From Chrysomallon squamiferum (lineage: Eukaryota; Animalia; Mollusca): a stretch of 64,000 nucleotides of DNA. The position numbers and the translations under genes are program-made. The notes below the pieces were generated by a model that searched no databases, was not told the DNA's origin, and saw only the letters and a list, made by a program, of their open reading frames with translations. Positions 44,640 through 57,131 of the stretch are shown in pieces (the stretch's first letter is position 1; the number at the start of each line of letters is the position of its first letter). Where the stretch lies: NCBI GenBank assembly GCA_012295275.1, contig CM022674.1:16554001-16618000 (forward strand), in the 5' to 3' direction.

Positions 44640-44687
<48 letters not shown>

Positions 44688-44743
44688 CCATGTTGAATAG
44701 CTATTTCATTAGTTTTCTAAAGGAAATTATTAATCATTATGGG
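44579..44743. repeat. ~50-58-bp direct duplication flanking an (AT)n tract
   Basis: GAATAGCTATTTCATTAGTTTTCTAAAGGAAATTATTAATCATTATGGGA occurs twice. Confidence 0.9.
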
Positions 44744-44778
44744 ATAGACAGACAGACAGACAGACAGACAGATAGATA

Positions 44779-45193
44779 GGTTTATTCCCGAATCTGGCAG
44801 TGAGATTATAACACATCTTAACTGGCCACGCCATTTGTTCCATTTCTGGCAGTTTATTTCTCACCCTTACTAATTGGAGTTCCGTCACCTTAATTGATAT
44901 AGTTTTGTCTAAATTGGTAGTATTTCCTGTCTCCAAATTTTACTGAGATACAACATTAATTTCATTTCACCAAACATTAATTTTCTTGCAATCTCTATTA
45001 CGGCTCACCTCTGCTCTTCACTGCTCATTAAGGTTAATCTCGTTAATCGCCCCCTCTGTTCTTCGCAGATGTCGTTATCCTCATGCGTCTAAATTGGCCT
45101 TAATTGCTCACGCGAGTTTTCCCATTTCTGGAAGAGGATTAGAACAACTCACAGCTTACCTAATCTGGAGACTGCCAGTTTTGGGAACATACC
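44779..45193. mobile_element. MITE with 23-bp imperfect TIRs inserted in a (GATA)n tract
   Basis: Left end GGTTTATTCCCGAATCTGGCAGT versus reverse-complemented right end GGTATGTTCCCAAAACTGGCAGT (19/23 match). GATA lies on both flanks. Confidence 0.75.
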
Positions 45194-45317
45194 GATAGAT
45201 AGATATAGATAATAGGCCAATCATTTTCGAGGATACTTCAATTTGAATACAGTAGAATTTAGAACATTATTATATACGCTAGTTCATTGTAACTAAACAT
45301 ATTTTTATACATTATCT

Positions 45318-45366
<49 letters not shown>

Positions 45367-45887
45367 CTTTATAGCAACTGAATTATGATGTGGGAGACAA
45401 AAAAAAAAAAAAAAAATAAATAAAAATAAATAAATAAAATAAAAAGTAAATAAATAAATAAATAAATAAATAATAATAAAAAAGAAAAAAACCAGAACAA
45501 TGAAATATGGAATAAGTTGTAAATAGAATGAAAATTACTTACCGTTATTTTTAGATTTCATCTTATATTTTTTATTTTTTTATTTTTTATTATCATTTGT
45601 TTATTGTAACTGAAGTGTGATATGAAGTGACAGAAAAAAAAGAAACGTAAAAAGAAAGAAAGACAAAATTGAACTAACAAATGAGACAGAAATAGAGTGA
45701 AAAGGTTCCAGTATTTTTAGACCTTATTATTTTTTCTTTATAGTAAGTAAACTGTCATGTGTTGTGAAAAAAAAAATAAAAAAAAGAAAATAAAAAGAAA
45801 TAAAGAATACAAGTTCTGTAACATTGCTGATTAATATTAAAAACACGAGTTTTCTGTTAAAATATCAGTATTAATCATCGTCTTGTA

Positions 45888-46431
45888 AGGAAATATTCCT
45901 GTATTTTCGCATTATTTCAACTTCATTATTGATGTCACAAATAAAAATGAAAGTTAATAATATAACCGTATAATGTCGTTGTTAACATAAAACTATAAAA
46001 TTGTGAATATGTGCTGATCTAAATAATAACTGACAACACGATAAATAACATTTTGTTGATTTTTAGAAAATGGTTTAATCCTGTTTGCTGAATTTGTTTT
46101 GATTAATTCACAGACGTTACTGTTGAGAGCAGGACTGAATCAACTGCCGCTTACGTTACTGTCATCTTTGGATCAGTATTATGAACTCATTAAAAATATT
46201 TTTTACATTTGTATTTCACGTATTGTTTGATTACTTTTCTGTTGTAACTAACCACTGAAAATTTTAATTGCTTTATTCATACTGTGTGGACAATATAATG
46301 AAAGGTTGCCAAATCCTGGGGTAATGCACGTGTATTACACTCCCTAACCATCCCCGAGCCCCTAGTAAATCTAAGAATTCTGCGCTATACAGCCGCCTAT
46401 GTGGTCCCGCCCACGCTACGTCACTGACGTA
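45888..46431 (-). promoter_or_regulatory. Candidate IAP promoter/first-intron regulatory region
   Basis: kappaB-like GGAAATATTCC at 45889-45899, GC-box CCCGCCC at 46406-46412, and palindrome TACGTCA-C-TGACGTA (two CRE-like sites) at 46417-46431. Minus-strand GTAAG donors lie near 46154 and 45542. Confidence 0.35.
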
Positions 46432-49389
46432 AACGTACTTTTGGTTTCGTAGGAATAATGTTATATATAATATGTGCGTGAGACTAAGAAAATATTTATA
46501 GACATTACTATTATTATTTTTTTTTTTTGCTGTTGTTGTTGTTGAAAAGGACTTGACATATGGTACATTAGATATCAAACGTAACAAAATAAAAATAACA
46601 TTTATTTTTCTGAAGTATAAACGTAATAATATAGAAAAATAGAAAAATAGTAAGAAAGTGCACAAATATTCTGTTTTATTGTTTATACGGTATAAAAGTA
46701 ATAACACACACACATACACACACACACATATGGACATACATACATACATTCACACATTACATACAAGGTGAAAGAATAATCTATAATTAACTCTGCTTTG
46801 AAGTGACAATAATTATCTGCAGCTTGAACTACTTGTTTACGCTCAATCTCTTCAAACAGTTGATTTCTTTAAGCAAAGATCTCCAGTGCAGTTTAGCGCG
46901 AATAGGGCGGGGATGGTGATATCAGGGTGAGGCAGAGAAGGGTGAGGCATCTTTGTATAACTGAGAATGTGGAAAATTGATGATAATATTTTAACACAAA
47001 AATCTATTATTTGTACACTTTTCTTTTATTCGTCGTATTAGCGTCATTACTCTATCGATATATTAAAAACTAAATATTAGAAACTTAACATTAAGTATAT
47101 CCTGAACAGAAACAAGTTTACAACACTAGACCTAACATTTTTTTACTTGTTGTTAAGCGTTTAGAATTTATTATTTTAAATTTCTAAAATTTTATATTAT
47201 TTGATGTTGCTTATTCTTGTACGTTTTATATAAATCTTTAGTAAAATACAAATCTCGGAGTAGAAATGAACTGTTTTAAATGATCTTGCTCAGTTTTCTT
47301 GTTCTTTCTTTCTATCCTCCTCTGCTCTCTGTATTTTTGTAAAGGTTCGCAGATTCAAATCTTCTCATTGCATTTCCTAATCAACCAGGATTTTTTCTTT
47401 TGTTTATGAGTAAATACTGTGTGTTTTCCGTTTCCTAATTATATATTTCTCCTACAAACACATATTAGCTACACTTTCTGATAGCAAGTAAATCGAATAA
47501 AAATAATGAATAAATGAATGTTATTGTTGTGTTCTTCTTTTTATTGCTGTTGTTTATTTTATTCATTAAAACAACGCAACAACAACAACAACTACTACCA
47601 CTCCTGTTGTTGTTATTAAAGATACCAGACCAGTTACCTTTACTCTTGGAAGTTTCTTCACCAAGGCCACACACACACATTATTAAGGCATTATAAAGAT
47701 AATGTTTTTGAAATACGAAAATGTTATCACCTAAAAACCCCAGAAAAATACATCGGCTGCGTATGAAAACAATGGTTAAATTGTCATTTTTTTCAAACGC
47801 CTTTTAATACTGTATTCTACAACAATGTCAACTAAGGACTGCGGTGTTAACGGTGTAAGGGAAATAACTCTAATAAGGTTACATCGAACACGTGACGGGC
47901 ACCTTTTTTTGTCCGCCATATTTAAAGTACGTTCGAAACGTAGAGTTTTACTTGGAAGCAAGGATTAATATTTGGTGCTATCAAGTTGTTATGGATTTAT
48001 GTTCTTGTTGTCAAGTTATCATGGATTTTAACAATTTAAAGGTATGTAGCTTATGGCATGAAACAAGTTGAAAATTAAGAAATAGTGTCAAGTTATATCA
48101 CTTTTAAAGTTTTATTAGGTCTGCTAAATAATTGTTTTTTCATTACGGATTACCTCGATTAAGACTTCGCAATTTCACTGTTAGATGAAAAACAAAAGAT
48201 AAGTGTCTCTGACTTCGAAAAAAAATATTACCAAAATAGTTACATTAAGTAAGTATGTCACTATGTGGACAAGTCTTTCAAACCACACAAATCTGAAAAT
48301 AAATAACACAGTTGGGTAGAGCTTGTAAACCTCTTTAAAATGATACCAAAATCAAGTGAATATGTTGAAAATTAAGGAAGTACCCCTTAAGCACTTATTT
48401 TCGTCCAGTTAAACACTATTTAAGTCATTAGAGGTTTGTGACCGAAAATAGCTATATTTTAACATTCCCTTCTCAATGTTTGTTAATAATCAAGCTTTCT
48501 TGATGAAATTTTCAGTGAAGACCATAAACTGATAAATCATAAAGTGTTCAGTTTTAAAACTTAGGCTATTTTTGCTCCATCAGAGAAAACATCAGCAATG
48601 GTCACATGATACATTGATAGGTATCTTTTGTTTGCTGTCAAATCACAGGAAGTACAAACACAAAGCCAAGACATTTTTTTTTGTCTGCTTCAAATGACAG
48701 TTACAATACCTGTGACTTTAATTGTCTTTAGTGTCATGATTACATACACATTGTATTGCTCCTAATAAAGACTAGCAACACCTTTCTAGAGTCGACTCCA
48801 AGGATTATACGAGTTTATGTATTGTAGAGGATTATAGTTAAACATCAAATGCTAGTAATCGGCAAAACAATATTAATTAATTTATTTCAGAATGAATTCA
48901 TATTATATTTAGTAAATGTCACAACATTTAATAAAACATGTATACCACCGGTTATTTGTAGTTGCACATAAAATCTACGGCAACTTGACTAGGTAGGAAA
49001 CAATTTACGGCTATTGTAAATAAAATCAACGCAATTTTGGTCTGTAGAAAACGTAAATTAATGGCGATTTCACTAAGCACGTGCTATAATGTACACACTG
49101 AAAATAAAATTCAAGAAAAACATAAAGCAAAAAAGTTAGTAAAAATAGAAATATAACCATATGAAAAGCGACACACCTTTCTAGTTGTACATATGGCAAT
49201 TTCGGTAGGGTAGAAAACGTATTTAACAGCGATTTCTCTATGCATGTGCTATAATGTACACGCCAAAAATAAGAACATTCAAGAAGGAAAAACATTCAAC
49301 CAACAAGTTATTAAAAATATAAACAACATAGAAATATAAACTGACCTTTCTAACTGTACATAAAATCTACTAGAATTCAAAACTAAATA

Positions 49390-52221
49390 TTATATAATTA
49401 GATCATCCTCAGTTAGATCTGCAGCCAGAGCATGAATGTTCATACAGTAGTCTGTTACATCTGTATACGATTCATTTGCTCCCCAGTAGGCTACAACATA
49501 TTTCTTACCTTTGCATGTAATCTTCTCTATCTTTCCATTGTATATTGTTCTTTCTCCATCATCAATCCACGTAAGGCAAATCATGCTACCCACTGAATTC
49601 CCAGATAAAAGTTCACTTACCTTTTCCAATTTATAATCTGAGAGATCCAAGAATTCAACAGAGAGTCTGTCCATGTCTACACTTTTGACACAATCTGTTC
49701 CTCTCTGTGGTGTCCTTTGCCTGCAGCTTCTGTACGTGTCTTCTGTTTTGTTCTTTCCTCAGATTTTTCTGCTTGTTACGCCTGTCCTGTCTGTGTTTTT
49801 GGCCCATGTGGATCGCTGTTTTAATAATAAGATTTCTTGTCTCCCTGTCTAGGGCATCAAGATAATCCACTGTCCTGTTTTTGACGGCCTTCATTTTACA
49901 TGAGATGTAGCAGAGAGTAGCATGTAAGGAACTAAACATCCCCATGATCTCTTCTGCATCAATGTTGTGACATCTGGCCAACCTTGACTCATCCCTCAGT
50001 CTCTCAGTGAGATCGCAGTGGAAGTATTTGTTGTACTGCCGTTCAAGGACGACAACTGTTGCATCGAAACAACTCTTCATCATGTTTGTAAACAGGGAGA
50101 TGTCTTTAGGTGCTGCTTGGAGAATCTGCAGAGTTGGTTCTTGCAAAAGTGTATGTCCAAAAAAATCTATCTCACATGACAGCATGTCTTCAGGGGCCTG
50201 TGCACTGACTTTCAGTTTGGCAATAACTTGCTTAACAGTCTCAATGCCCTGAATGTGGTTTGCTTGTTCTGGGGCAACCCAGGTCCCCTGACCAGTTTCC
50301 CAATAAGTCCAAGCACCTGCATTTCCACTTGTGCAGGAACAGACACAAAGTCTGCTAGGATGCTATGCCGTAAGCCACCACACGATACACCCTTATGCAT
50401 AAAACTCATGAATAAATTATGGAAGCGAGTGAAAACGCCACATATATGAAAAAGGATATGTAGGCAGTTACCTCTGTATCTGGGCAAGATTCCACGTGCC
50501 AAGTTTTCGTGGTCTAGAAAAATGATGAAACCACAAGGATCACCCTTGCTATCTATAAACCTCATTTTGTTCATCTGCACTACTGTGTTTTCAGCCAAAC
50601 AGTCTGTCCCTTTAAGTTTCTTTTCTATTCTGATTTCTGCTTCACATACCTTTAGAGCAGCACGAGTTTTTGTTGCAATTGAGTCCAATGGATGCAAATG
50701 GCAATTTAAGTCATTGAGTGTTTTGCTCCACGTTTCATTCAGAAGCTGAACTGCAGCATGATTTGCAGGGCATCGATCAGTCAGGGTACTCGAAATATTA
50801 GAAATTATTTTTGTTCTTGCAGTTTGATAATCATCCTCATGAATGTTTGAGTATGTTCTGGCCAAGTTATTAATGGTGTCAGATGTGTGCTCATGGTAAT
50901 CGTCAGCAGTCCCACCAGCCAGTACATCAACTGCAGCAACATAACAGTTCTCTGGTGTGGTAATGTGGACACTGTTCACATGTGTGCCCTCCTGTGTTGT
51001 GGCATCAACACGAAGTGTGCAGCTTTTATTCTCAATTACAGCTTCAGCTGCCTGTAATTCCGTTATTACTCCAAGTTCCCTTGTCATTGCCTCAGAAGGG
51101 TTTTATGTGGGATGTCCTTCAGTGCAACACCACATCGCAAAACAAATTTCTGAAGAAGAACAGGGATATTGCTGGTTGGCACCTGATTTACAATGGCATC
51201 AAATACCATCATTCTTAGATCTGCAGAATAGACCTTTCCATTATACTTTGTCAATTTTAGTTTACTAACCGACTCATGAAGCTTTTCTTCCAGCAGGGTT
51301 TTATCTCTCTGGAGATCAATTATCTCCATTTGTTTTATTTCAAGTTGTATTTTAAGTTCAGAAATTTCATTTTTGGCAGAGCAGAGTTTCTGATTCAGTT
51401 TTTATTCTTTTTTTTTCGCTGTGGTACTTTTTCAGTTGTTCATGGCTTTTTTTAAAGTTCAACAGAACAGATTTTGCCTCATGCATAACTTTTGATGAAA
51501 GTGTACTTTTTTCTTTAAGTATGGCTATCTGTTCCTCTTTCCGTCTGATTGTTTGGTTTAATAATTTTACACATCCCTTTCTTTTGCTGTGCTCTCACAT
51601 CTCGGATTGCAATATGTTTAGACCTTTGCAGCTGTAGATGTTTTAGGCTCATATTTGTTAAGGAGTTATTTAATAATTTGTATGACTGGCAGTTTTTTGT
51701 TTGTCTGGTTTTCACCCAAGTTTTGTCAATATTTGAATGGCAGATTCCTTTGAATCTTCTCCCCAGTATGAACTGCTATCCAATAGATTGTGTGGTTCTG
51801 GGGAAGCAGTAACGTATTGTGGGTTGCAACTTGGTACAGGTTGGGGCTGATTTTGATTTCTTGGTACATTCTCAAGATTACAGATTTCCATCAGGAAAAC
51901 ATTTTCAGAACACAAAACACATAAATTTGGTAAATTGTATAGCATAAGCCAGATTTCAAAACTTATCGAACTGGTACACAACTTTCTTTACTTCAGCAGA
52001 AAGTATCAACACAGTAGGGTTAGGAGTTGCTGACAAATGACTACATAATTCACTAACTGTTGCTGTTTGACTATTACCACAGCTAGTGTAAATATAAAGC
52101 ATGTGTCCTTTCAAAAACTCATCTGTTGCAGGAACTGTGGAATACTTTTCATGCAGATGCTGTCTACCTAAGCTTGTTTGGTTACATCTAATTAGGCACT
52201 GTTTCTTTTTACTCAAAGGCA
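49390..52221 (-). mobile_element. Degenerate DDE transposase 1 (CxxH-type, hAT/P/MULE/Kolobok-related clade, superfamily unassigned) with a C-terminal Tudor/Spin-like domain
   Basis: Collinear frameshifted ORFs: MPLSKKKQC..., a coiled-coil region, YSADLRMMVFDAIVNQVPTSNIP, LRVDATTQEG (D1), TLTDRCPAN (D2), NCHLHPL (CxxH), RYRGNCLHILF, HNIDAEEIMGMF (E), and VGSMICLTWIDDGERTIYNGKIEK. Confidence 0.8.
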
Positions 52222-52884
52222 TCTTTTGGTTATTCACTGAAAAAAAACAAGAAAAGAGCTGAGAAGACAACTGAAATAAGTTTTAAAAGAAGTTGAAATT
52301 ATGAAAGACAATATTACCAAAATGAAACAGCAACTGTGGGTCAAACCAAACACTAAAAAAAAAATATATATATATATGAAACTAATGCAAAATTTGAATG
52401 ACCAGTAAAAATTAAATCCACACAAAATACAATAGCAAGTGCTTATTTGATTTGCTGTTTAGAAATTATAATTGTTTGTTCAATTTTATGATTTTAAAAT
52501 CCTAAAACATTTGAGACAATTATGGATGAAAATACAATATATTGTTAGGAACATCTTTTTCCATCATTCTTATATAAGATAATTTAAGAAGAATAAGTCA
52601 GCATAATCCATCCTCAAACATAAGTCCTTAAACAGGAAGTTTGGTCTGCCACGACACTTACACTAACGTCGAAATAGCCATGCGTGACGAGGTAAAAATT
52701 GGAGTTACTAGTTAGCATGCTTGCAGCTGCTTGACAAAATTTCAAAGACAATAAGATAAAAAAACTAATTATTATGTCCAGCTACTTTTCATTCGTCTGA
52801 CGTAACCGGTTTTAGTGATTGTAGCATGTTGAAAATTCCGTAAAAGTGTCAAGATGGCGATTGAACACCGAAATGACCAACAGT

Positions 52885-54700
52885 TTCTTTTGGTGGTTTC
52901 TTTTATCTGGCTTTGTCTTTCTTTAACTGCAGCCTTCCTTGCACAGTTATCTGACAGAGCTTCTTGACTCACTGCTATGGCATTTACTTCATTAGAAATG
53001 TGATTTCTTCACAGTTCTTTTGCTTGTGAAGCTGTCAAAGACAATGTTGCTATTTTTTTCACTTTTCTGTGAGTTTGGAGAACCAGTTTGACATACTCTT
53101 GTTCCTTTTTAACATGTTGATGCTGGGTGATCATATGCAGACACATTCCGTCTCTTAAATATGCTGACATCCAAGTCTCCAAAACACTGTTCTCCAACAT
53201 TTGTCAGCTTGGAATGCTGGAGTTTGGCATGCTGTTCAGGGTCTAGGACTGTATGATAGCATCCATCTGGAAGGATTGACTACATCCAGAAAGCCTGCTG
53301 ACATTAACTTAATATTCTTACAGACTGCTTGTTTCCTGTCATCAGCAGTGTGAATCAGTGACCTGAAGATGTTGCTGTTGTTGAACTCCATGTCAGTGGT
53401 CAAAATCTGTGGAGAATGCATCATTTGGATCTGTGGTCCACCTGGAAAATAGGAACAGAAATGAACAATTCTGCACTTTTATTACCAATGGATTTCTTGG
53501 TGATGAATTTGAAGAGCTGCACTGGCTTCTAAGAGGTTGTTGAATCTGTTGAAGTTTGTGATTTCAGATTTCAACTGGTTTAACATGCAGTATGCAAGCC
53601 AGTTTTCTCTGCATCCAGATTTCTCATCCCGTTGGGGTCCAAGGCAACCACATGCTTCAGGGATGAGTCTGGTAACTGAATGTTCTGTCATGGAACCAGC
53701 AAACTTCACTAAACATTCTCTGCCCATGGCAGTGTTGTTGTCATGTATCAGTTTGAATATTTTCTCCACAGCAGTTGCAAGACCAAGAAGATAGTGAACA
53801 CTGCAATGCAGGAAATCCAGATCTTCCTCAGTCTGCAAACTGTCTTTCTGAGATAACTGCTGCTCTGTCTGACATGAGTCCACTCATTTTTTGGGGACAG
53901 TCTGAAAATACATCCTGCCTCCTTTCTTCATCCTCATAAAAAAACTAGTGATAACTCCTCTAATATGTAAGCAGCAACTTTTACAAGGCATCATCCATTT
54001 TCAGTTCCCACCATAGTAAAGTGCACAGCTTAAACTCTCACCAGTGCCCACAATAACTTGGTGGCCAACATAGTTTTTTACCATCTTTTGTAATGCCATC
54101 TGCATTAAGGTTATAAAGATCTGAATTCAGGATGGCATCTGCCACATGCATCTTAATTCTTTCATTATTTTGTCCAACATAATATTGAATTTGGGTTGGG
54201 CAATGTCTGTTCTGATATGTCAGTAAACCAAGAATGTATGTGATGAGATGGTAACTTCTGCTTCTTGCAGAAATGTTCAAGTTCTATCAGGAAGCTATTG
54301 TTGGGAAAAGAATCCCTGTATTTCAATGGCCCTTCTAGCAAAGCTTGCCTTGTCAATCCAGCTTTAAAACAAAAATCTCCAATATCTTCAGCATCCACCA
54401 ACTTTTCAAGAAAGCCTGCAGCTTCATCTGGTGTCTCTATTTTCAGAAATGTTGTTTGAGGCACATTCTATTAAATACCTCAGTTGATAGGCTACTGATG
54501 AACTAGTGAATTTCCAGACAATTTTTTTAGTCTCTTCCCATGTCTTGTTGCCTTCATCCTTCAGCAGTTTCACTTGTACCAGAAGTTTGTTTGTGACTTC
54601 TTTTTTTCTTCATTTGCCTGTCTGCAGGAAAGCACTCTTCAAATTTTCCGAAGTGTCACCTTCTAATTTCAATACAAATAAATCAATGGAGATTAATGTC
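52885..54700 (-). mobile_element. Degenerate DDE transposase 2, same family as transposase 1 but highly divergent and 3'-truncated
   Basis: NLNADGITKDGKK (D1, ~54090), GLMSDRAAVI (D2, ~53870, not in the ORF track), LHCSVHYLLG (CxxH), DEKSGC, NFNRFNNLLE, and HSKLTNVGEQCFGDLD (E, ~53190). Confidence 0.78.
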
Positions 54701-54725
54701 ACTGTATGAATTTTTCATCCAGTTG

Positions 54726-54771
<46 letters not shown>

Positions 54772-55328
54772 CTTTAAAAGTTAACAACCATCTGGAGTTT
54801 ATCAACACTTAAACTGATTTTAACACTTTAGTTTTGGCTTTATCATTTTATGATTTAATATTTACAACACTAAAAACACAATTATATAATTTTTTTTTTT
54901 TTTTTTTTTTTTTTCAACATTTGAGCAATAATACTGGTATTCTGTGGGTTTTTTGTGTTCACGATCCTTAATTTTCCCATTTATCATGAGCATTTTGCAA
55001 AGTAAAACAGTCGCCTTTGCTTAGAGCAGAAGACACAGCAGTGAAACAGATGTTTGCTTAAGTGTTGTGAAGTGTGAAGGTTGGAAACAGAATAGTTAAT
55101 CTGATTTGCACTTTAGCGGTCAGTTATGTCATATTTTACATATTTACAATCTGAAAAACATATTGCTATAATACAAATTAATAAATCTGAAGGAAATTTT
55201 ACCACTTTACAAGATTTTGTCTAACGTAAAATCTGATTATCTATGAACCTATTTTCATTAGCTGCATTTCTTTACATATATTAACTAAAGATACCTTATT
55301 AATGTATAATTTTTATACAATATTTACT

Positions 55329-55371
<43 letters not shown>

Positions 55372-57131
55372 TAAATAATGAAAATATTAAATAATGACAA
55401 ATATTAGAGAGGTGTTCATGTATCTGATTACGTATGGACCTTGTGATACAGGTCATATACATAACTCAGTTTCAGTTTAGCTTCCACATAAAGCACTAAG
55501 TTTGTAACGAAATAGGTCAAGAAAGGCAAGTAACTATAGCTCTAGAACTCATAAAAAGCTTTATTTGGATATATTTAGCTTTGGTTTTAATATGTATATA
55601 ATGCACATTTTTTATGTTGTCAAATGACCAAAATCAATTATTGGTTCTCCATTGGTTTTGAAAGAAAAATGCAAGCAAATTTTATTCAGATAAATATTCA
55701 TAATCTTTTTCATATCAAAGATATCTTGAAGTGATTTTAATCTGTTTTTATTGGTTTCATTTTTCTGATGTATAATTTAATAGGAAAATGCATTTATGTG
55801 ACATACGTATATATATATTTTTTGAAAATTTTGTAACATTCAAGTTATTTGTTATTTGTTTTTCTTGCAGCAGCATAGTACACACAAAACTACAGACTGG
55901 CTGGTATTTTTGTTTGCAAACAAATACATTTTTAGTCTATTTCTCAGCAAGAAGCTAAACAACATCTTAAGGCAATATAAGGGTCAACAACATTGATTTA
56001 CTATTTTTCAAGCATATATTAGTTTGAATTTAGTACCTGAAATTGTAATCTCATTCAGCCAAAGGTACATAAGTCCAACCACAGCTTTTTTGGAGAAAAG
56101 GGATCTACCTTTAGTGATCATTTATGTGAAAACTGTGCAGTAAAATGCAACTTGAAAAGCACTGATGTATGCAGTAATAATTAAAGGAAATCATAAAAAA
56201 GAAGATTAACCCTTTATTGTGTTTAAAAAATTGCTATAATGATACAGAAATCCACACATGTAAGTACTTCACTATGCATAAACATGCACATTTAGGCATG
56301 TCCTATATTGAGAAGATCTCACAAAAAAAGACAATATAGGTTTGGTATATGAATGTTATGTCTATGCTAAACCTCTCTATTAAATAAATATGTATTAATA
56401 ATTATAATCAGTAAATAAACTGCCTGTAACTACCAATATATGAAAATAATTAAAGTTCTGTTTGACTGTCTGCAGTATCTGTTTACAGGGAAATGTGCAA
56501 TGACAAACATTTAATAACAGTTTCTAAATTGTAAAAGTTACGTTGCATTAATTACCAGCAAAGATGTGGCCAGGTTACACCTTTTAAATTTGTACAGCTG
56601 TGTGGCTTTGCTTTTCACTTTGCTTTTGTGGTTTTCACCACATATGCAGGAATCTTGTAGCTACGGGCTTAGGGGTTTGAGACAGTTAAAGTAAAAATCC
56701 TTGGTTTGGGAAGCAACAAACTGGCTGTTCTGTTTGATGAACACAGAGGTAATGGGGAGGTGTGAGAGAGAACATGAAACTTTGGCCTTGTTTTTATAAC
56801 AATTTGGCTGCATGATGTTGTAAGAAACATTTCTCCCTTGTTTTTTTTTCATGTTGTCATTAGGCAGTGTAATGTGTATCATTAACAACATATTGTTTAA
56901 TGTGTGTGTTTGTCTTGGGCAATTTCATATGTAAATAAAAATAATTAATATATCCACAAATGATAATAAGCAGATAAAAAAGCATTTATCTGACGAATGT
57001 AGATGGATATATATCAATCGATCTGCATTTGTCAGATAAATGCATTTTGTTATAAAAATTACTAAACTTTATATTTTACTATTGGTGCTAAATATTTTTT
57101 TTTTACCTGTGGTGTTAAATATTTTGTGTAG

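Noticed and set aside
47687-56110. KolobokP-type long direct terminal repeats
   Set aside because: Similarity between 47683 and 55967 ends after about 14 bp, so no long direct repeat is visible.
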